64,000 nt of DNA, from contig CP158636.1 in the NCBI GenBank assembly GCA_050273025.1, positions 806,001 to 870,000 of the forward strand, read 5' to 3'. This document shows positions 1 to 13,963 of this stretch, piece after piece (position 1 is the first letter of the stretch; each line of letters begins with the position of its first letter). The translations under genes and the position numbers were made by a program. This DNA is from Cenococcum geophilum (taxonomy: Eukaryota). Below the pieces are notes generated by a model. That model was not told where the DNA came from. It did no database searches and worked only from the letters and a program-made list of their open reading frames with translations.

Positions 1-3000
1 AGCCGGTAGTATATTTAGGGTAGAATACTACTATATATATTATTAGTTATTAGTTATAGCTAGAGTAAGTAGGCTAGAGTAGGTACCCTAATACTTTTTA
101 ACAGCAGAGATATCTATTAGGCTTTATATATTTAGTTCTAAGTAGCATATTAATTATACTCTTTACTTTAATAAGCCTTATATAGCATTTAAACCCTATT
201 TTACTTTATAGCTTAGCCTAGGCTATTATATAGTAAGTAAGTATACTTTAGTATTTTTTCTACTCCTTTTCTTATTACTTTTTAAATATTTCTTATACTC
301 TAGCCCTTCTACTCCTTCTATAATATATTATAGATAGGTCTATTAGCTATATATATATATATCCCTAGAATAGTAATTACTATCCTTTTAAGCTTATCCT
401 ATTTAGTAGGCTATATTAATAGATTTATTTTAGGCTGAAGCTAGTAGGCTATTATAGACTATATAGTATTATATTCCCTCTTAATATATTTTCTTGCTAG
501 CCCCTTTTATATTCTCTTTATATAGACTATAGCTAGCTCCTTTAAGTATATCTAGAGCGGCGGAAACTCTATCTTATACTTAAGCACTACTATTAGTATT
601 AATTTATATACTTTATAATAGTGCAAAGGCATATGTTCTATACTATACCTATCTAGTATAGCTTAGTTTTACTTATCTCCTTAGGCTTTATCTACTCTAG
701 CAGTAAGTATTAGGTACTATATCTATATAAAATTACTAACTAAACTATAGTAGAGTATATTATCTACACCTTTTAAAGGGAGGCGCCCTATATAGAGGCT
801 ATAAACTAGGTTAGTATGGCTATTTAGGTAACCATTTTTACCTTAATAATATTAATATACGGCCCCTATTTAAGCTTTAAGTTAATCTATACCTTTAGTA
901 TAAATTGGTTACTAACTAGGCCCTCTATAAAGCTATATATATTAACTATAGCTTTATATTAAACTTCTTATAGCTCCTTATAAAGTGGATAAAGTAATAC
1001 TTTTTAGGGGTAAATACTACCCTATATTGGCGTGCCTATATAATATATGCTTTATACTCCCTTTTTAGGGCTTTATGGTTCTCCTTTGTAGTTTTACTAT
1101 ATATTAGTGTATTAGAGTTATTAATAAACCTAAATACTGTAGTACTAAGCCTTAGGATATACTAATATTTATCTATATTATTTACGCTATATAGCCCCTA
1201 ATTAAGAGCCTTGTTATTTAATCCTTAAGGAAGGACTTTATAAACTATACTATCTAATAGGGTATGGCCTAGGCCTTTGTATTATAGATTATTCTTTTAT
1301 AAGAAACTTAGTTAAAGGCCTTAGAAATATTAAGGCTAAATAGTTAGGCTACTAGGTTTAGGCTACTCCTTTATACTATATATACCTATTAGGTTAATAG
1401 CTCTAGCGCTATCTATATTAAGCGCCCTAGCCTTATTTCTATTTAGCTAGCTAGTAGTATATCTTTCTTTTTTATAATTCTAGATAGCTAACTAGCTACT
1501 ATTTCTTTTTTAAGTAGTTTCCTAATAGTATTAAGCAGCATAATTAGCTAGTAGGCTTTTACTATAGTATAAAACAGCTTTTATGGTTTTTAAAGAACTA
1601 CTATAATAGAGTTTTTAAATAGCTTTAGGTAATATATAGCTGCTAAAGAGCTTAGCTAGCACTAGGGCTAGCTACCCTTTACATATTTTAAAGAATTAAT
1701 TAGTAATCATTTTTAGGCCTAGGGCCTTATTAGGGGTAAGCCCCTTTAAAACTATAATAATATCCTCCTCTTCTACTTCTTTCTTTATAGTTTATAGCTT
1801 TAGGTATATAAAATCTAGTATAATACTAAGGTCCGCCTCTATAAGTAGCAGGAAGAAATACTCTATAAGGATAGTAGTCTTCTCCTTATTATTATAGTAT
1901 AGGGTTTTTTCTCCTAGTCTACTAATAAGTAAAAACTATAGTAAAGCCTTTAGCTTCCCGTCCGCTATATATACCTATTTTACTATTCTTTATACCCCCT
2001 TAGGGTCGCTTATTAGCCTTTTACTAGATTAACCTTTTCTTTTTATTATATATAACTCTATAGTTAATCTAGTTTAGTATTAACTATAAGGCCTTTTACG
2101 CCTAAAAGGACTACTAGGTTTCCTTTACCTCCCCTATATATTTCTTTAACTATACTTTAAAGGCTTATAATAAGGGTTATATACTAGATACTATCTTTAC
2201 TATAATATTCTTAATTAGCTAATATATAGCCTCTACTAGTGCGTTTAGTTTATTTTTTATATTATATAGGAAACTATATAGAGGCTAGAGCTAGTCCTTT
2301 AGCTTACTCTATATTAATTTCTAATTAGCCTTTTCTATAGCGGTCTCCTAAATAGTAAAAGCCCCTTTATTACTTCTATATCTACCTCTATAGTAATTAA
2401 AAAGTAATTAAACTCTATATACTAGCAGTCTTATCTTTAACTCTATAGTAGCCTATTAATAATTTAGGGGGAGGTAAATACTAGATCTAGTATGCTCCTT
2501 AATATACCCGCCTTAGTAGCTAGGCTTAGGCCTACTACCTCTATAGCGCGGATAAGGTTATCTACCGCATTATCTATACTTATTACTACTATACCCCCCT
2601 AAAAAGGATAGTATAGATTAAAATCTCCTAATAGTATATATTCTCCTTTAGTCCTTAGTAGCTCTAATAGCCTATCCCTTAACACGGCAATTTGGGTCCT
2701 TAGGTTATCGATAAAAACCAACTAATTGGAAAAGCTAAGTTAATATAAATATCTAATTAAATCCAGTCGTTAATATAAGCGAACTTGGCAAGGGACCCTA
2801 ACGTATTAAGGGATAAAGGCTACTATTTATCTATTAGGAATTATAGATATTATAAATCTAGATAGTTTACTTATGGCTTTCTAATTTAATTGTGTATATG
2901 TCCGCTAAGTAGTATATAAACGTCTATTTATTTATATAGAAACAGACCCTTATATTGCTAAGTCCTATATATACTAGATAGTAAGACTTTATAGTATATA

Positions 3001-4264
3001 TTATATTTCTTTAATTCTTTTACTATAGCTCCTAAATAGCTGGTATATCTAGTTAGGGGTCCGTATACTTTGCCTCCTATAGAAAGTAGAGTAGCACAAC
3101 ATTCCTATTATTATTAGTATTATACTATATAATTATAAGCGGTTTCTGGTGTCCTAGTATAAGAGATCTATATTAGCCTCTAAGTTAGCTAAATTAATAT
3201 CCTCTAATGTCCGCTTACTCCCTTATAACGCACTTTTAGTGCCTATAAACGCCTTTTTAATTATTAAATCCAGGCTTCTACTTCTATTTCTATATTAAGC
3301 TCTATATTTAATAGAGGCTCCTAGGTTACTAGGGCTTAAATTAGGGCATATATACTACTATTAAGCGCTATTAGGGGTATTAATTAGAGTATTAATTAGA
3401 GGGTCTTTTAGCCCCTTTCCCTCCTAAAGTAGTTAATAATCTATAGCCAGCTAACCTTTTAAGGGCCCTCCTCTGCCTATATAGAGCTCTCCTATATAGC
3501 TATCTCCTTTAGCTTCCTTTTCTTAGCTTATTATAAGGCCTCTCTAGTGGTAATCTTATACTATAATTATATTTGCTGTCTGTGTATAGGCGCCTTATAG
3601 GCGCTAGTGTAGTATATTAGTATAAAGGCTCTAATTATTATAGCCTCCTTCTACTATATCTGCTTAATACTATACGCCCTGCTCTATACCTTATAGCCTA
3701 CCTTATAGTTAATACACTTCTTAGATAGGTCTTTTATATAAATTTCTAGTATTATACTATCTAACATAGTATCTATATCTGGCCTCTCTTTTATAGCTCT
3801 TAGCTATATAATTAAGGCCCTAGTATTTAAAGCACTGCGTTACTAGAAATGTTATCTTATACCTTATAATTAGGTAGTAGTCTCCTTTTAGAAAAAGGCC
3901 CTAATTAAATAGCATATTTACTGCCTCTTTTAACTATATGCCTATAATAAGTAACAATTTAACCTTTTCTTCTATCTAGAGTCTTCCTAGCCTTTTCTGC
4001 GCTAGCCTCTCTACTATAAGCCCCACTGTAAGCTTTGCAGTGTGGAAGAATTGAGTGAACGACTTGATTGTAAATGGAGGTCTAAAGGGCCTATATATAT
4101 ACATGAGGAAGGTATAGATAATGAGATAAGAAAGGGTCAATTGACCGAGTCATCGACCGAGTCAGTGGTCGAGTCGGTGGCTCGAGTCGGTGAACGAGTC
4201 AAGGTGAGCGAGTCGTTGAGTGAGTCAAGGGTAGGTTCAGGAGAGCACCAGTAGTCGGTTACAC
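1..4264 (-). mobile_element. RIP-degenerated Tad1-like LINE (non-LTR retrotransposon); its 3' part runs off the left edge of the window
   Basis: Minus-strand relics: endonuclease motif 'ILLGDFNL' (~2610-2645), RT 'LP*G' (LPQG with a RIP stop, ~1220) and 'FINNSN' (FIDD after RIP, ~1110-1140), and post-RT 'FTPKKYYFIHFIRSYKKFN' (~960-1020). Strong TpA excess and many stops. Confidence 0.85.
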
Positions 4265-5466
4265 CCACTATAGTATAATTCTACTTTATTATATGCTTTA
4301 TTATATTCTTAGCCTTTAGGCCTTAGATAGTAACGCTTATAGGTACTATATAGACCTCTACTAATACTAGTAGAATAGCTAGTATAGCGAAGTACTCTAG
4401 GACCTTCGTCTACCCTATTTCTAATATTAGCATATTTTTTTACGCCTTTATCTATAATATACGCCCTAATATTACTGCTTTATAAGTTCTTTACGGCCTA
4501 TATCCTAGGGGTGTTTAGAGGTCCTATAGCCTAGAGCTCATATATTAGGGCCTAGCTATTTTACTTTAAGGCCTCTTTGTGGTTAGTAGTATTGCTTATA
4601 TAGATTATAATTTTATTTACTTTTATAGGCTTATAAGCAGTTTATCTTATAGCTTAGGGCATTAAAGGTATAGTGGCAGTAATATATATATATAATTATG
4701 GACCTATAAACGCTGGTCTAGCCTTTATAGCTATTATTATAGCCCTCTAAAAGGCGCTAACATCTATTTAAATTACCTTTATATTTTAGGCGTATTATTT
4801 TTAGGTCCCTTAGGTTTAGATAAGCTTCGCTAATATAATAACGGCTATTTAAAGGGTTGTAATTATAGTAGTATACTTCTTGTCTATATTAAGAGATTGC
4901 TTCTATAGTACCTACTAGGTTTATTTTACAGCTTATATAGTTTATAAAACGCGTTCCTAAAGGGCACGCTGTTTAATTAGGTTTATTAGGATTAAGGGCT
5001 TATTTATTTATTATAGTCTAGCTTTAGGGCTGTATACTGAAAAATACTATATATACCTCTACTAACGCTAAATTAAGGTGTATAGTATTAATAGGAATAA
5101 TTTTTATAGTCCTTTAGCGCCTATAGAAGCTCTATTTAGCTAGTTTTAAAGGGCTTATTAGTAGGTAACTGCATTATATTTATATAGAGTATAAGTTAAA
5201 TATTTTATAATAGTAACTAGTAAGATACCTAAGGTCCTATAGATTTAATTATTAATTTTACTTAGCTAACTTAGAGATAGCCTTTACTAGTTAATATATT
5301 AGGTCTATCCTCTATAACTAGGGTCTATAACCTGCTAATAACCTATTAGTATAACCTATACTAATATAACTAAAGTATAAGGCGGCCTTTTTAGGCACTA
5401 TACTATAGCTATTAAAGGTTTAATATATTAAGCCTATATACCCTTAAGGTATAGTATTACTATAGC

Positions 5467-5638
5467 TGTCACGGGACTAGCACGCGTTATAACTTGGCTT
5501 ATAAGCGTACGCGTATACACAAGCACGGACCTAACCCCTAAGCGACACGTATATATACCGCCTTACCTCTATACATGGATCCTTATATAACATCATTTGT
5601 TAATAATATACAGTTACCTCGTACCTTATACCTTAACA
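5467..5638. mobile_element. Possible solo LTR (~170 bp)
   Basis: Starts TGTCACGG, ends TTAACA, and is less RIPed than its flanks. No clean TSD found. Confidence 0.4.
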
Positions 5639-6775
5639 GTTAGCATATACTATAATAATAGCTTCGTCTAATCTGCGCTTTTAAGTCTAAGAAATAGGGT
5701 ATTATACCTAAAGATAGTTATTATTAAAAGGGAGGTATTATTAGGTAATAGAGTTATATTATTTATATATATTATTCTATATAGCTATACTTAGTATCTT
5801 ACTAGTTACTTACTTACCTTTTAAGATTTTATCTATACTAATAGCTATAGTATAGAGCTTATTGTTTTATAATACTATTAGTATAAATATACTTATAAAA
5901 TATATATTAGCTATACCTATAATAGTATTAAGGTATACTACCTACTAAATACTACTATCCCCTACTATTAGCTCGCCTTCTACTAGCGCCTTAGCGGCTA
6001 GCTCTCTATATTTATTTATACTGGCCCTAGCGGCCCCTTTTCCTTCTCCTTCTCTTTAGCTTAGTATCTTTATAATATAGTATTTATTTAAGCTTTAGTT
6101 TAGAGGCATTTATTTAAGCCATAACAATTTTAAATTTTAGCTTAAATAGGTAATTATATACTTAAGCCTAAAGCTTTACTAATATATAGTACTAATATAT
6201 AAAAAAAGCTATATAAATAGCTCTATAAATATCTATATAATTAATTCTATTTATTGCCTAATTTGGTCCCTCTTTTAGGTCTATATAGGCTTTTACCTTC
6301 TATATATAGGAAAAAACCCCTAGTAGGGGAAAAGCCTAAGTATATCCTTCTAGCTAGTCTTATACGCTCCGCCTTTGCCTAGCCTATATATCTTTATAAT
6401 AAGTCTACCTTATATACTATACTTCTAAGGTATCTTTAAAAGATCTAGGGTAGGAGTAAGTAAAAGGGTTTAGTAATTCGCCTATAAGCTACCTTTAGCT
6501 AGGTAGGAATATCTAGTCCCTAAGGGGTTAGAAGGGGGCGTATCTATAGGTGTCCTCCTATTAGATCTTATATACTACCCAGAATTACTAAAGGACTCCT
6601 TAGCCTATAAGCCATTATAATTAATTAATTAGTTATTTATATAAATGCCTATATAAATGCCTATATAAATAAATAAATAAATATTTATATAATTTCCTAT
6701 ATAATTATCTTTATATACTTTGCAATTAATTGCTAGTATAAATATATACGTCTATATACCTATATATTTATATAA

Positions 6776-7130
6776 AGCCCTATATAAGGCTCTGCACGAG
6801 GCTCTGCACAAAGCTCTACACGAAGCTCTGCGCGAAGCTCTACACAAAGCTCTACACGAAGCTCTGCACGAAGCTCTGCACGAAGCTCTGCACGAAGCTC
6901 TGCACGAAGCTCTGCACAAAGCTCTGCACGAAGCTCTACACGAAGCTCTGCACGAAGCTCTGCACGAAGCTCTGCAGAAGCTCTGCACGAAGCTCTGCAC
7001 GAAGCTCTGCACGAAGCTCTGCACGAAGCTCTGCACGAAGCTCTGCACGAAGCTCTGCACGAAGCTCTGCACAAAGCTCTGCACGAAGCTCTACACGAGG
7101 CTCTGCAGAAGCTCTGCACAAGGCTCTACC
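6776..7130. repeat. 12-bp tandem repeat (GAAGCTCTGCAC)n, about 29 units
   Basis: Directly visible. An 11-bp unit near 6975 switches the reading frame (EALH to CTKL on +; the RAEL frame shifts on -). Confidence 0.97.
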
Positions 7131-8025
7131 TAAAGCTTACCCCCTTCTACGAAGCAAATCTATACCTACTAGCAGTCCTTAATTATTATTTAAAGCTAGC
7201 TTATCAGTTTAGGTACTCTAGCTGCAGTAAGAAGAGGGCGGTGGGAGGGGTACGGCTGCTACGACTTAGGGTCGTCGGGCGCAATAACGAGACAACGAAT
7301 TGGAATCGGGCAAATCGGGCAACGTAGTCTTCTTCGCCAGGTTTGATTTGGTAATTCTGGCCATCAGGAATAGCCTAGGGAGCTATAGAAGCTGAGACAA
7401 TTTGGCTCAAAGTAGGTGTATATAGGCCTAAATACCCCGCGCGGGACTAACAAAAATCCGAACCGTGTACCAGACCTTCTAACGAAGGTCTTGCCAAAAG
7501 CGGCTAGCGTCTTGGCAAGGTAAGCCTTGGCAAGAAGGTCTGGGAACGAGACAATCATGCCTAGGCAGCCTTTTCCTTATATGATTTTGGGGAGCTCGCT
7601 GAGCACTGCGCTTCTGCCATGTGATCGTGCTTATGTCGCGTGAGGCGCGGGAAGGGAAAAGAAAGCCACGCGCAATGATGCTGCCAAGCTTTGGAGCTTT
7701 GTGGCATTGTGTTGGCAGTGCTCCTGGAAATTCATCCAACACCATGTATATACCTGCTAGGCTCCTACAACACCCATATAGGAAACCAGAGACTTCTCCA
7801 CGCTAAAGTGGTTCTATTTCATCTTTCAGTGCCATGTGCAAAGACAGGTACCGAATCAACCGCCACCTGCCGATCTCCGCTAGCTCCGCATGAATGTTGC
7901 TCACTCCGCGATCATTTCAACTTGCCCAACTTCCCGACAAGGGCTGCAAGAATCCAACTCCATCCTACTTCTTGTCTACATCCTCTCGGCAAGAACAGAT
8001 AGCTGCCGAAGAACAGGCCCGTAGA

Positions 8026-11000
8026 ATGCTGCTTGTTCACCAGGTTGGTAACGTCAAGGTTGGGCAAGTTGTCCGGTAAGCGGTTATGCTATTATCGATG
8101 TCGTATGAAAGTTAGGAAAACTAATACGTCGGTTATTCGCAGCTACACTCTCACATATACGCCTTCGGCCGACCCCATTCTCCCTTCTCCTTCCCACCTC
8201 TATGTGAAAATAAAGAATACTTCTGCTATACCCCTCCGAGCAGCCTACCTCCACGGCCCATATAACATCCATGTCGCCGCATATCCCTCTACATTCAATC
8301 CGAATCGCAAAGTCGGGTCGCCGAAGAGAGAAGGCGTACCAGAATTCGAGCCTGACCTAAAAGCTGGGGGGTCTTGGAATGCGAGGCTGACTGTTCCGGA
8401 AGATATACGTCAGATAGGTGGAAAAGCAAACCTGAAGCGCACAGCAGATGGAGAGCTCAAAAGCACTGCTTGGATCATTGAGATCGCATCGCAAATTCTT
8501 TTCTCGCAGTCTGCATCTGTAAATTTTGAGCTTTTGGTAGCTCGAGATGAGAGGTCGCTGGACTTAGGCTTCGCGGCTATTACGGGGAACAACCAAGGCG
8601 CACCTGGCCAGGTACATGACCATCAGGAGGGCAGAGCTAGACACGAGGGGAACCGTCAGGCGCAACCAAAAGGTGTCTATTCCAAAGCGGTTAAGCTTGT
8701 GGTGGACGACACTGCAAGCTTATGGAATAAACCTGCTTTGCCGAAATGGGATCACGATGATGCACAAGGTCGAAAGTCAAGGGAGACATCCAATAAATGT
8801 CCAGGCGACCAAGAGGAACAGCCTAAAACCAGGAAGCAGAAGAACATTCACCTTGTCATGTTAACCCACGGTCTACATAGCAATCTAGGCGCAGATATGT
8901 TGTACCTAAAGGAAAGTATAGATGCAACTTCTAAACAAGCTAGTGAGGACAGAAGGAAAAGGAAAATGTCCGTTAAACATGACAAAACCTCAGGGTCCTG
9001 CCTGGATGAAGAAGATAACAGCAATCAGTCCACAAGCGAGGCTGAGGATGCGCGGGCGTCTACTGCTCCTTCATCAGGAGGGCAGGGGGATATAATGGAA
9101 GACCAAGAGGACAGTGATGATGAGGTTGTAGTCAGAGGATTTGGTGGTAATGTGGTGCGGACAGAGAGAGGTATTCAATATCTTGGAAAACGGCTTGCAA
9201 AACATATTTTGGAGATAACCTATCCCGACCAACCTTTCTTACCCGTCAAGAAGTCCGTTGGGCGGAAGATCTCGAACTCGTTTTCGCCAACGAAAGATCG
9301 TCCTGACGACGGCATTCCCGCTCATGCTGGCAGCAGCATCCACCACCAAGACAGCACTAGCGAAAAACGAGCTTACAAATTCACTAGTATCAGTTTCGTT
9401 GGACATTCCCTGGGTGGTCTTGTACAGACATACGCGATCGCGTACATCTTTAAGCATTCGCCACATTTCTTCGAGAGCATCAAGCCTATTAATTTCATCA
9501 CCATGGCCTCTCCATTCCTTGGGTTGAGCAATGAAAACCCAATGTATGTCAAGTTTGCTCTGGATTTTGGTTTAGTTGGCAGAACTGGACAAGATCTTGG
9601 ACTGACATGGCGAGCTCCTACCCTTGCACGAAGTGGTTGGACTGCGATGGTTGGTGGATTGGGCAATGCCGGGCAGAAAGAGCACAAGCAAGAAGATCCA
9701 GGCTCCAAGCCGCTTCTGCGAATCCTTCCAACCGGACCGGCTCACCGCGTTTTGAGGATTTTCAGGAATAGGACTGTTTATTCAAATGTTGTCAACGATG
9801 GGATTGTACCACTGCGCACCAGTTGTCTGCTTTTCTTGGACTGGAGGGGTCTTGGAAGAGTGGAGAAAGCCAGGAGAGAGAACGGATTGATAGGAACTGT
9901 GGCAGGCTGGGGGTGGGACCAACTTACTGGGCAAAATACTTCCCCGAACCCTTCCCGGCTCGCTTTTTCGGAAGATAGAAATGACGGAGTTGAAACGCCG
10001 CCTTACAACGGTGATTATACAGCAGTACCTCAGCCTGAAGAGGATGTGACCAACGAAGACGATGAGGCGCAAGCTGCAGTCGATCCACAAACTCATCGCT
10101 TTACAGATGGTCAGAACAAACTTCCGGGCGGATATCCAGTAGTTCGCAAAACGAGTCAATCGAATACGCAAAATGCAAGCACTATCTCTAGTTTCTTCAA
10201 TTTCCTCCGACCAGGAAGCCACACTAGCAAAGATAGAAGGATGTTCAAACGGAGCCAGACAGTTCAAGTTGAGCGGGCAGAATCCAGCAGTACCCAAACA
10301 TCGGAGACAACATCTATATCGAACAACGAACAACCACAAAAAAGGCCGGTAGCAACTAGAGGCGATTCGCTGTTGGAAGATCCCTCGAACGATCTTGCTC
10401 CTCCGAAAACGACAATCTTTGAGTCGGCAGGTGACCTGCTCAGCCCGCCGGTTCCTCCCACCTCATGGATTATTGATCCATCAACTCGTTCCAGAACAAT
10501 ATTCCACGATCGAATCTACCATCCAGAAGACATTCCACCACCACCCGCTAAACGCCCTGGCCGGTTTGGACGTTCATTCTCAAGCGAAGGAGGTAGCGTA
10601 AGCTCTCATGGTAGTGAGCATAGTGGAGACGACTCTGGGGGCATGAGAGTGGAGGAGAAAATCGCACGGGCTTACCACCAAGATCTCTCTTGGCGTAAAG
10701 TTCTCGTCCGCCTTGAGCCTGATGCGCACAACAATATTGTAGTGCGGCGCATGTTCGCTAATGCGTACGGCTGGCCAGTAGTCAAGCATTTATGTGACAC
10801 TCATTTTGGAGACACTTATACGGCAGTCACCCGCGATGAAAACGAGCCTGCAATTGATCGAGCTAAACGAGTGGACAAGCCAGTCAAGGGAGATAGCGAG
10901 GAGGTCAAGGGCCAAAGAAACCGGGATCCACCTCTCGAACGAACAACCAGCGAAATGCGGGAGGTTGCGGATGAGTTGTCACCATTAAAAAACCAGGCCA

Positions 11001-11566
11001 GTGGGCATATGCATACCAGTTCTACCACGAGCCAGAAGAGCAGAGATTCTACTCCCTGGGATGATTCTTATTTTGACGACACATCCGACGATGCTGATGA
11101 CGATGATGCTGATGATCGCAACCCTATCCAAAGATTACTTCAAATACAACCCCCACAGAATAACAGGAGGAGAGCTTCTGGCCAACACTTATACAGAACC
11201 AATCAAGAGGATAACGGCGTTTCTGGAGCAAGTCAGGCAGAGATTGCAGACTTCCTGTCCACATCACCTGCTCCAATTGAGGGCCATCGAGGCCTTGGAC
11301 CTTTGTCTTTTAAAGTCCCCCCGCCGTCTTTTCCGCGAGATGCTGACTCCCTTGAATCCCTACATGGCAAAAGTAATCTTTCAAGTGCTCCAGAAAACCC
11401 TCATACCTTGGGAAGTACATTCGAGTTAGGTCTACGGCGGTCCCTAGAGCTTAACTCACCAACATCAGCACAACACGGCCGGCCCACGAGCGCAAGTGGA
11501 GGTGTTACGGAGCAGGTCGCGCGTTTGAGTGTCACAAAAGATCATAAAGACGAGGAACATCCATAG
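8026..11566 (+). CDS. DUF676-family putative serine esterase/lipase (yeast Rog1-like); exons 8026-8075 and 8143-11566
   Basis: ATG at 8026 (MLLVHQVG...). GTAAGC...CTAAT...CAG intron 8076-8142 restores the frame. Motifs 'LTHGLHSN', nucleophile elbow 'SFVGHSLGG', 'DGIVPLRTS', 'DAHNNIVVRR'. Confidence 0.9.
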
Positions 11567-12036
11567 GTGTTTGACATTCTTGGGGTACTTTCATATTCGT
11601 TGGTACATTTCCCCAAGAAAGTCTTTATCATGATTTATGACTTTTAATTTAAGATTTTAGTCTATGGGAGGAGCTTATTCAATGACGCATTGCGATGGAG
11701 TCTCGGGTTAGAAGAGAAACCAATGCTGTCGCTGAATACCCTCAGGTTCTTGCAGTTTTTCCTTATATCACTTTTATCGCAATCAGTCCGTTGTACTCAT
11801 TCAACGTGCAGGGGTAGCCAATAAAGAGCTTTGGAAGAATGTTTCCTGGTTCAGCGGCATAGCGCACGAAGTTGACCTATGACAATTCCTATATTAAACA
11901 GTGCAATGAGATCTCGCATACCTTTACTGGGTCCTTGTTCTTCCACGTCATCCTTCTCCCATTCATTTACGCCTTCACAACCTCTCACTCACTGACTCAC
12001 TTCACATCTTTCCCCCAACTCCACATTCTTTTTAAA

Positions 12037-13206
12037 ATGTATTTGCGCACACATCTCGTACAGACGCATCTCACAGTTCAAGGATCCTTCCACCAACTCG
12101 CTCCTGCTTCTGCCAATCGTACCACCGCATCCATACCTACCATGCCTACCACCATATCTATCTCCTCCATGCTGACCATGCGGCCCATACAGCTCTGGTT
12201 CTGCTACCAGACCGCCGACCCCTTCACGCCCGAGCCGCGGCCCTGGCCTACGTCTCATCCTCCCGTATTGTCCGGAAGCTGTGCTATAACCAATGCGCAG
12301 GCTCCTAGTTTACCTACAATTCACGAGAGTGGGGTAGGGAATTGGAAGGTGCAGATCGCGCTTTCGCAGCTCGAATCTAAGCTCGTACAAGCCGGAAAGA
12401 TAAAGGCGCATGGTTACATGAAGTTGGAGGGGCTGAATAGGAATATGAACATGCGGTTCGGAGGACAGTTGAGAGACTTTGGGAATAAAGCGCTGGTTCG
12501 GAATACAGCGATGAGATCTATGGATGGTGCGTGGGAAGGCGAGGAGGCTTTGCTGGAGCACAATGGCGTGGGGCCGTTAGCCAAGAGAGGAGCAGGGCAA
12601 GGAGGACAGTGTGCGGCGAAGACAGCGCGCAGGGAGGCTAGGACGTCTTACACGAGGGTGGACGATCGAGATGAAAACAGCGGAAGTCCTGGCAAGCACG
12701 AGAATGCAGGCAATGGCGGTGACAGCAGAGCACGGAGTCCGCTATCCTCCCTCGAAAACCAATTCCTGGACTTGACAGAGACAAGGGCAAGGGCAGAGGT
12801 GCGCAAAGCATACGCAAAGGCGCTATTGGAAAGGGAGGCGCTGTTGGAAAGGGAGAGGAACCTCACACGGGATCAATCCGACCATTCCGAGCCGTCGGCG
12901 AATCAAAATGGCAGGCCGAATCGTAAACACCACTGCATCACCTCCGGCCATATTTTCCGCTCACTAAATCTTTCGTCCTTGCCTAGAGGTGCAGTTGTAA
13001 ATGGTGTACCAGCTTGGCGGATTAATGCAAGGGGGTATGAAGAGGTCGTGCCTGTGCGGATTAAGTGTGACGCTTGTAGGCTCAATATTGAGGGTACAAT
13101 TTGGCAATGCGATATTCCAGTGTGTGGACAGGAGGTCTGTAAGGCGTGTGCGCAGAGGTTGGAGAAAGAGTGGATGAATAGGGCAGTGGGGAGTTGGGGA
13201 GGTTAA
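12037..13206 (+). CDS. Hypothetical protein with a C-terminal Cys/His cluster (possible zinc finger)
   Basis: Long open frame. C-terminus reads 'HHCITSGH...CDAC...WQCDIPVCGQEVCKAC'. The start codon is uncertain; the first ATG in frame is at 12037. Confidence 0.6.
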   Translation: MYLRTHLVQTHLTVQGSFHQLAPASANRTTASIPTMPTTISISSMLTMRPIQLWFCYQTADPFTPEPRPWPTSHPPVLSGSCAITNAQAPSLPTIHESGVGNWKVQIALSQLESKLVQAGKIKAHGYMKLEGLNRNMNMRFGGQLRDFGNKALVRNTAMRSMDGAWEGEEALLEHNGVGPLAKRGAGQGGQCAAKTARREARTSYTRVDDRDENSGSPGKHENAGNGGDSRARSPLSSLENQFLDLTETRARAEVRKAYAKALLEREALLERERNLTRDQSDHSEPSANQNGRPNRKHHCITSGHIFRSLNLSSLPRGAVVNGVPAWRINARGYEEVVPVRIKCDACRLNIEGTIWQCDIPVCGQEVCKACAQRLEKEWMNRAVGSWGG

Positions 13207-13793
13207 AGTGTTCACTTCCAATTTTGCACAAGGTTGATGTACAAGAAATGCTGGCTCTGAACTTCGAAGTATACTAAGCTAGGACTAGCATTTTTATATA
13301 TCCAGTATGGTATAAGGGTCCGGCTATTCCTAGGCATAGTGGTTTGAAGTCCCTTTGTTAATCTTCTCTTCGGTCATCCTTATTGACCAGTGAGCTACAT
13401 GGATCCGAAATGAGCCGCTGACCAGGCAATATCCTACTCAATCTACACCGGACCATAAGACTCTGCAGAGCCGCTAGTCTCAGTATTGATAAAGTGGCAA
13501 TGAGGTAACAGTTTCAAATTGACGTCGGTGTCGACGTCAGTCCTTGCCATCTACTTAGTGTATATAATGAGGCTCTAGAGCCACTTGCAATGAGACAGAG
13601 TCATCATTCTTTTTATCTTTTGGTCTTCCGATCGACACGTATTACTAGATTTATTGAGTATCATCTGGGCTTGCGTGATCCTCTCCCATTCTCATTCAAA
13701 GAGTACCCCTCTCTCCCGGTATTTTGTGAAGCTGTACTCCGAAAATTCCCTAGAACGGGCCTGCTCTTGAGCCGTGATGGACGATTAGGATCA

Positions 13794-13860
13794 ATGGCCG
13801 CGATAAAAGGGCACGACGCAGTCATAAAGTCGTTCCTCGCGAAAGACGGAGTTCAGCACA
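13794..13860 (+). pseudogene. Isolated ankyrin-repeat fragment
   Basis: 'AAIKGHDAVIKSFLAKDGV' matches the ankyrin consensus (AAxxGHxxVVxLLL), but the surrounding frame is not gene-like. Confidence 0.45.
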
Positions 13861-13963
13861 TTTATGGCAATCGATGTCCCCAATTTCCATACAAGAAAGG
13901 ATACGTATTTTCGGAGAGAGCCTGGCGGAGAACAATTGATCTACTATACTTTACGTAGCTATA

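Larger units (their letters stand above)
4265..7270. mobile_element. Unclassified RIP-degenerated repeat relic
   Basis: Strong TpA enrichment and CpA/TpG depletion, no intact ORF. I could not recognise a family motif by eye. Confidence 0.55.

Noticed and set aside
6720..7133. ORFs reading EALH/CTKL/CRAS/QSFV repeats, and a possible CRISPR-like array
   Set aside because: These are by-products of a stop-free 12-bp tandem repeat. There are no spacers and the context is eukaryotic.
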